Source of the DNA: Octopus sinensis
Lineage: Eukaryota
Direction of reading: 5' to 3'
Assembly: GCF_006345805.1 (NCBI RefSeq)
Contig: NW_021827071.1
Span: forward strand, 1 to 11,110
DNA: 11,110 nucleotides
Under the pieces are notes generated by a model. It did not search any database. It had not been told where the DNA came from and saw only the letters and a list, made by a program, of their open reading frames with translations. The stretch's first letter is position 1; every line of letters starts with the position of its first letter. A program made the position numbers and the translations under genes. Below, one piece after another: positions 7,315 through 11,110 of this stretch.

Positions 7315-8340
7315 TGAAAGGCAAAGTCGACCTCGGCAGAATTTGATCTCAGAATATGAAGACAGACGAAATACCTATTTCTTTACTACCCACAAGGGGC
7401 TAAACACAGAGGGGACAAACAAGGACAGACGAAGGGATTAAGTCGATTACATCGACCCCAGTGCGTAACTGGTGCTTAATTTATCGACCCTGAAAGGATG
7501 AAAGGCAAAGTCGACCTCGGCGGAATTTGAACTCAGAACGCAGCGGCAGACGAAATACCTATTTCTTTACTACCCACAAGGGGCTAAACTCAGGGGACGA
7601 ACAATGACAGACAAAGGGATTAAGTCGATTACATCGACCCCAGTGCGTAACTGGTGCTTATTTTATCGAACCCGAAAGGATGAAAGGCAAAGTCGACCTC
7701 GGCGGAATTTGAACTCAGAACGTAGCGGCAGACGAAATACCTATTTCTTTACTACCCACAAGGGGCTAAACTCAGGGGACAAACAATGACAGACAAAGGG
7801 ATTAAGTCGATTACATCGACCCCAGTGCGTAACTGGTGCTTAATTTATCGACCCCGAAAGGATGAAAGGCAAAGTCGACCTCGGCGGAATTTGATCTCAG
7901 AATATGAAGACGGATAAAATACCTATTTCTTTACTACCCACAAGGGGCTAAACACAGGGGACGAACAGTGACAGACAAAGGGATTAAGTCGATTACATCG
8001 ACCCCAGTGCGTAACTGGTGCTTAATTTATCGACCCCGAAAGGATGAAAGGCAAAGTCGACCTCGGCGGAATTTGATCTCAGAACGCAGCGGCAGACGAA
8101 ATACCTATTTCTTCACTACCCACAAGGGGCTAAACTCAGGGGACAAACAATGACAGACAAAGGGATTAAGTCGATTACATCGACCCCAGTGCGTAACTGG
8201 TGCTTAATTTATCGAACCCGAAAGGATGAAAGGCAAAGTCGACCTCGGCGGAATTTGAACTCAGAACGCAGCGGCGGACGAAATGCCGCAAAGCATTCCG
8301 CCCGCGGCGTGCTAACGTTTCTGCTAGCTCACCGCCTTAA
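7315..8340 (-). repeat. SINE family 1-derived tandem array: one 5' head plus five near-identical ~182-bp body units
   Basis: Anchor gcaaagtcgacctcggc at 7321, 7505, 7687, 7869, 8051 and 8233 (spacing 184,182,182,182,182). The right end reads on minus TTAAGGCGGTGAGCTAGCAGAAACGTTAGCAC, homologous to the head at 10282. Confidence 0.95.
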
Positions 8341-8472
8341 AATGGAAAAATAACATCTTAAAAGATTAAGAGAATATAGGAATAAAGAAAATGACAGAAT
8401 ACATAGATAAAGTAGGAAACACCATAAAGTTTGTGATGTAAATCTCTGATTTTTTTGTCTTTTCTTTTGTAG

Positions 8473-8558
8473 TCAAATTGTGTCTTATTGGTTGTTGTTA
8501 TCCGCAAGTTGTTCTCGGCCCAATGTGTACAAACGAAGACGGACAAAGAACGAATCAA
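8473..8558 (+). CDS. aGPCR exon F (TM5 second half + ICL3)
   Basis: Acceptor ttttgtag (AG 8471-8472); SNCVLLVVVIRKLFSAQCVQTKTDKERI+aa; donor gtaagt at 8559 (phase 2). Different frame from the listed 8478 ORF. Confidence 0.92.
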
Positions 8559-8581
8559 GTAAGTAATGCATACACGTGTAT

Positions 8582-8608
8582 GCACACACACAGACACACA
8601 GACACACA

Positions 8609-8655
<47 letters not shown>

Positions 8656-8665
8656 ACAAACACAC
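8582..8665 (+). repeat. (CA)n / (CACAGA)n microsatellite
   Basis: Seen directly. Confidence 0.93.
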
Positions 8666-9211
8666 ACGGCACCAGAACCTACGTACGCACACATACGCAT
8701 ACAGACAAAGGACTTAAGATGAGAGCAATAATAAATCTGAAGTGAAGAACGAATATATAATGTGTGAGTTTATTTGGCTAGAAAAAAAAAGATGACCGAC
8801 CCGACATATAACAATATTTGTTTCATCACACGATTTCACATCAGGAATCTTGCAGAACATCTTGCATATATGCGCACATGTTTCTATAAAATCATGATTT
8901 TTATGAACTTAAACTAATTATTGAATTTATTTTACTACCTATATCGAATGCCTTTGTGTAAACTGTTTAAACAAACAGCCCCTCTTAACATTTTCTTATC
9001 GTTGTCAAAGACTATATCATTGTATTTTAATACATCTATGATAACCATTTTTTAACACAACAAAGGCTTCGCAAGCCTTACATTTTACTTTTGAAAATTA
9101 TTTTTTTAAAAAAGTGAAACCGGTCAGTAAACATCTTTAAAAGACCTCTGCATTTTCAAACCCTCTTCCCTATACATTTTCGCTCGTGCGGGACCTTTCA
9201 ATTTTACTTTG

Positions 9212-9432
<221 letters not shown>

Positions 9433-9433
9433 C

Positions 9434-9648
9434 TATGTATATAAATTAGAGAAGAACCACCATGTAGCAATTCAACAATGGAATAACAATGATATAATTA
9501 AATTATACCATATAGAAAAAATTAAATATACGATAAAACATAGACCAATAATTAAGTAAAGTAAAAATGATAAATAAATAAATAGTATATCATCGTTATT
9601 TCATTGTTGAATTGCTACATGGTGGTTCTTCTCTAATTTATATACATA
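9434..9648. repeat. 63-bp inverted repeat around an 89-nt AT-rich spacer (MITE/fold-back-like)
   Basis: 9434-9496 vs reverse complement of 9586-9648: 61/63 identical. Confidence 0.92.
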
Positions 9649-9782
9649 TATTATATATTGTGAAATTTGATTTAGTATTACTAAATTGAATTTTTCCCTG
9701 TAAGTTTGGAATAATATTCCCTAATAATATATATATATATATATACATTTATAAACATTATATCTTTGTTTTTTTTTCTCAG

Positions 9783-9909
9783 AACTGGAGCGATCGCTTT
9801 AGCTGGAATGATACCATTGTTTGGAATTTCCTGGGTATTTGGCTTACTTTCCATAAACGAGAACCTCATCGTATTTGATTACCTGTTTGTTATCTTCAAT
9901 TCATTACAG
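9783..9909 (+). CDS. aGPCR exon G (TM6, ECL3, TM7 up to NSLQ)
   Basis: Acceptor ttttttctcag (AG 9781-9782); aa+a gives Lys, then TGAIALAGMIPLFGISWVFGLLSINENLIVFDYLFVIFNSLQ; donor gtaagt at 9910 (phase 0). Confidence 0.96.
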
Positions 9910-9983
9910 GTAAGTTCAAGGTGGAACGATTTAATATTCAGCGGGCTACCTCAATTCTTTGTATGAAAATAGAGAATTTTGTG

Positions 9984-10062
9984 TACTAGGGCCCTTGTAA
10001 TACTAGCTCCCACCCTCGCTCATAACTGCAGGCCTTGTGCCTATAATAGGAAGGGTCATTAT
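9984..10062 (+). mobile_element. Decayed 3' tail of SINE family 1
   Basis: aggccttgtgcctataataggaaggg resembles aggccttgtgtctccagtagaaagg at 10478-10502. Confidence 0.45.
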
Positions 10063-10160
10063 ATTTATTGTTTTCATTGTTTCCCCCGGTGCACCAGTCA
10101 CGACTGACATTATTTGTCTTCTGGTGCTACATCCTGCTTATTTCAATTTCCAGGACATTA

Positions 10161-10277
10161 TTCTTCTTCTTCTTCTCCTTCTTCTTCTTCTTCTTCTTCT
10201 TCTTCTTCTTCTTCTTCTTCTTCTTCTTCTTCTTCTTCTTCTTCTTCTTCTTCTTCTTCTTCTTCTTCTTCTTCTTC
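10161..10277 (+). repeat. (TTC)n microsatellite
   Basis: Seen directly; source of the poly-L/F/S/E ORFs. Confidence 0.97.
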
Positions 10278-10281
10278 CTCC

Positions 10282-10501
10282 TTAAGGCGGCGGCGAACTG
10301 GCAGAATCGTTAGCATGCCGGGCAAAATACTTACCGGCATTTCGTCCGTCCTTGCCTCTGAGTCCAAATTCTGCTGAGGTCGACTTTGCCTTTAATCCTT
10401 TTCGGGGGTCGATAAATTAAGTACCAGTGAAACACTGGGGTCGATATAATTGACTAGGCCTCTCACCCCAAATTTTAGGCCTTGTGTCTCCAGTAGAAAG
10501 G
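10282..10501 (+). mobile_element. Single full-length SINE family 1 copy with (ATT)n tail
   Basis: TTAAGGCGG head, A-box-like TGGCAGAATCG, B-box-like GAGTCCAAATTC, body homologous to the array unit, ends gtagaaagg followed by attattatt. Confidence 0.88.
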
Positions 10502-10953
<452 letters not shown>

Positions 10954-11069
10954 GAGTGAGAGAGCAGTGCATGCCATCAAAGTGAGACTGGGGTAAAATA
11001 TACGAAACCCAGTATACCTATCATGGCTACCTCTCTGATGAGGGTACACCAGGTATATGCATCACAAAC
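10954..11069 (-). mobile_element. Interspersed repeat family X, 3' end, reverse orientation
   Basis: Reverse complement matches 547-656 and runs into its (AAT)n tail, which is the ATT tract. Confidence 0.8.
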
Positions 11070-11077
11070 ATTGCGAT

Positions 11078-11110
11078 CTCGATCGTAAGGTTGCGGTTTC
11101 GATTCCAGGA
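11078..11110 (+). mobile_element. Possible tRNA-derived SINE head fragment at the window edge
   Basis: cgatcgtaaggttgcGGTTTCGATTCC resembles a tRNA anticodon-arm/B-box segment; cut off by the window end. Confidence 0.35.

Noticed and set aside
7315-8340. Regular array that might be read as CRISPR
   Set aside because: Whole ~182-bp units are near-identical with no unique spacers, there are no cas genes, and the context is a eukaryotic intron.
7604-8353. Three similar 61-67 aa ORFs (MTDKGIKSITST...) suggesting a peptide gene cluster
   Set aside because: They are translations of the SINE tandem units; other units lack the start codon, and there is no coding or splice context.
8478-8717. 79-aa ORF overlapping exon F
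   Set aside because: Wrong frame; the frame starting at 8473 gives the TM5/ICL3 sequence and matches both neighbouring exon phases.
9063-9079. 7-bp hairpin aaggctt-cgc-aagcctt followed by an A/T-rich run (terminator-like)
   Set aside because: Short stems arise by chance, bacterial terminators are irrelevant here, and no matching element end was found.
11036-11060. CTGATGA hammerhead core heptamer
   Set aside because: No stem II/GAAA follows; it lies within the family X repeat and is a chance match.

Overview
AT-rich, microsatellite-dense eukaryotic intronic DNA, most consistent with a cephalopod (Octopus-like) genome; the taxon is inferred from recalled repeat families, not from a search. 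Seven short + strand exons (1710-1816, 2559-2676, 3386-3536, 5044-5113, 6170-6236, 8473-8558, 9783-9909) splice via GT-AG with matching phases into an uninterrupted 726-nt/242-aa frame encoding TM1 to mid-TM7 of an adhesion/secretin-class (class B2) GPCR. The GAIN/GPS exon and the C-terminal exons lie outside the window. Nearly all supplied six-frame ORFs are microsatellite or repeat artefacts. The introns hold two tRNA-derived SINE families (one expanded into a 5-unit ~182-bp tandem array), two non-autonomous Helitron-like elements, an (AAT)n-tailed retro-like repeat in four copies, DNA-transposon terminal fragments, several fold-back inverted repeats, and a Penelope-like remnant carrying a variant minimal hammerhead ribozyme fold in the gene's sense orientation. 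The hammerhead-like motif, the loss of both H2.50 and E3.50 in the receptor, the SINE array and the 63-bp hairpin are the best leads. None is demonstrably a new system from sequence alone.
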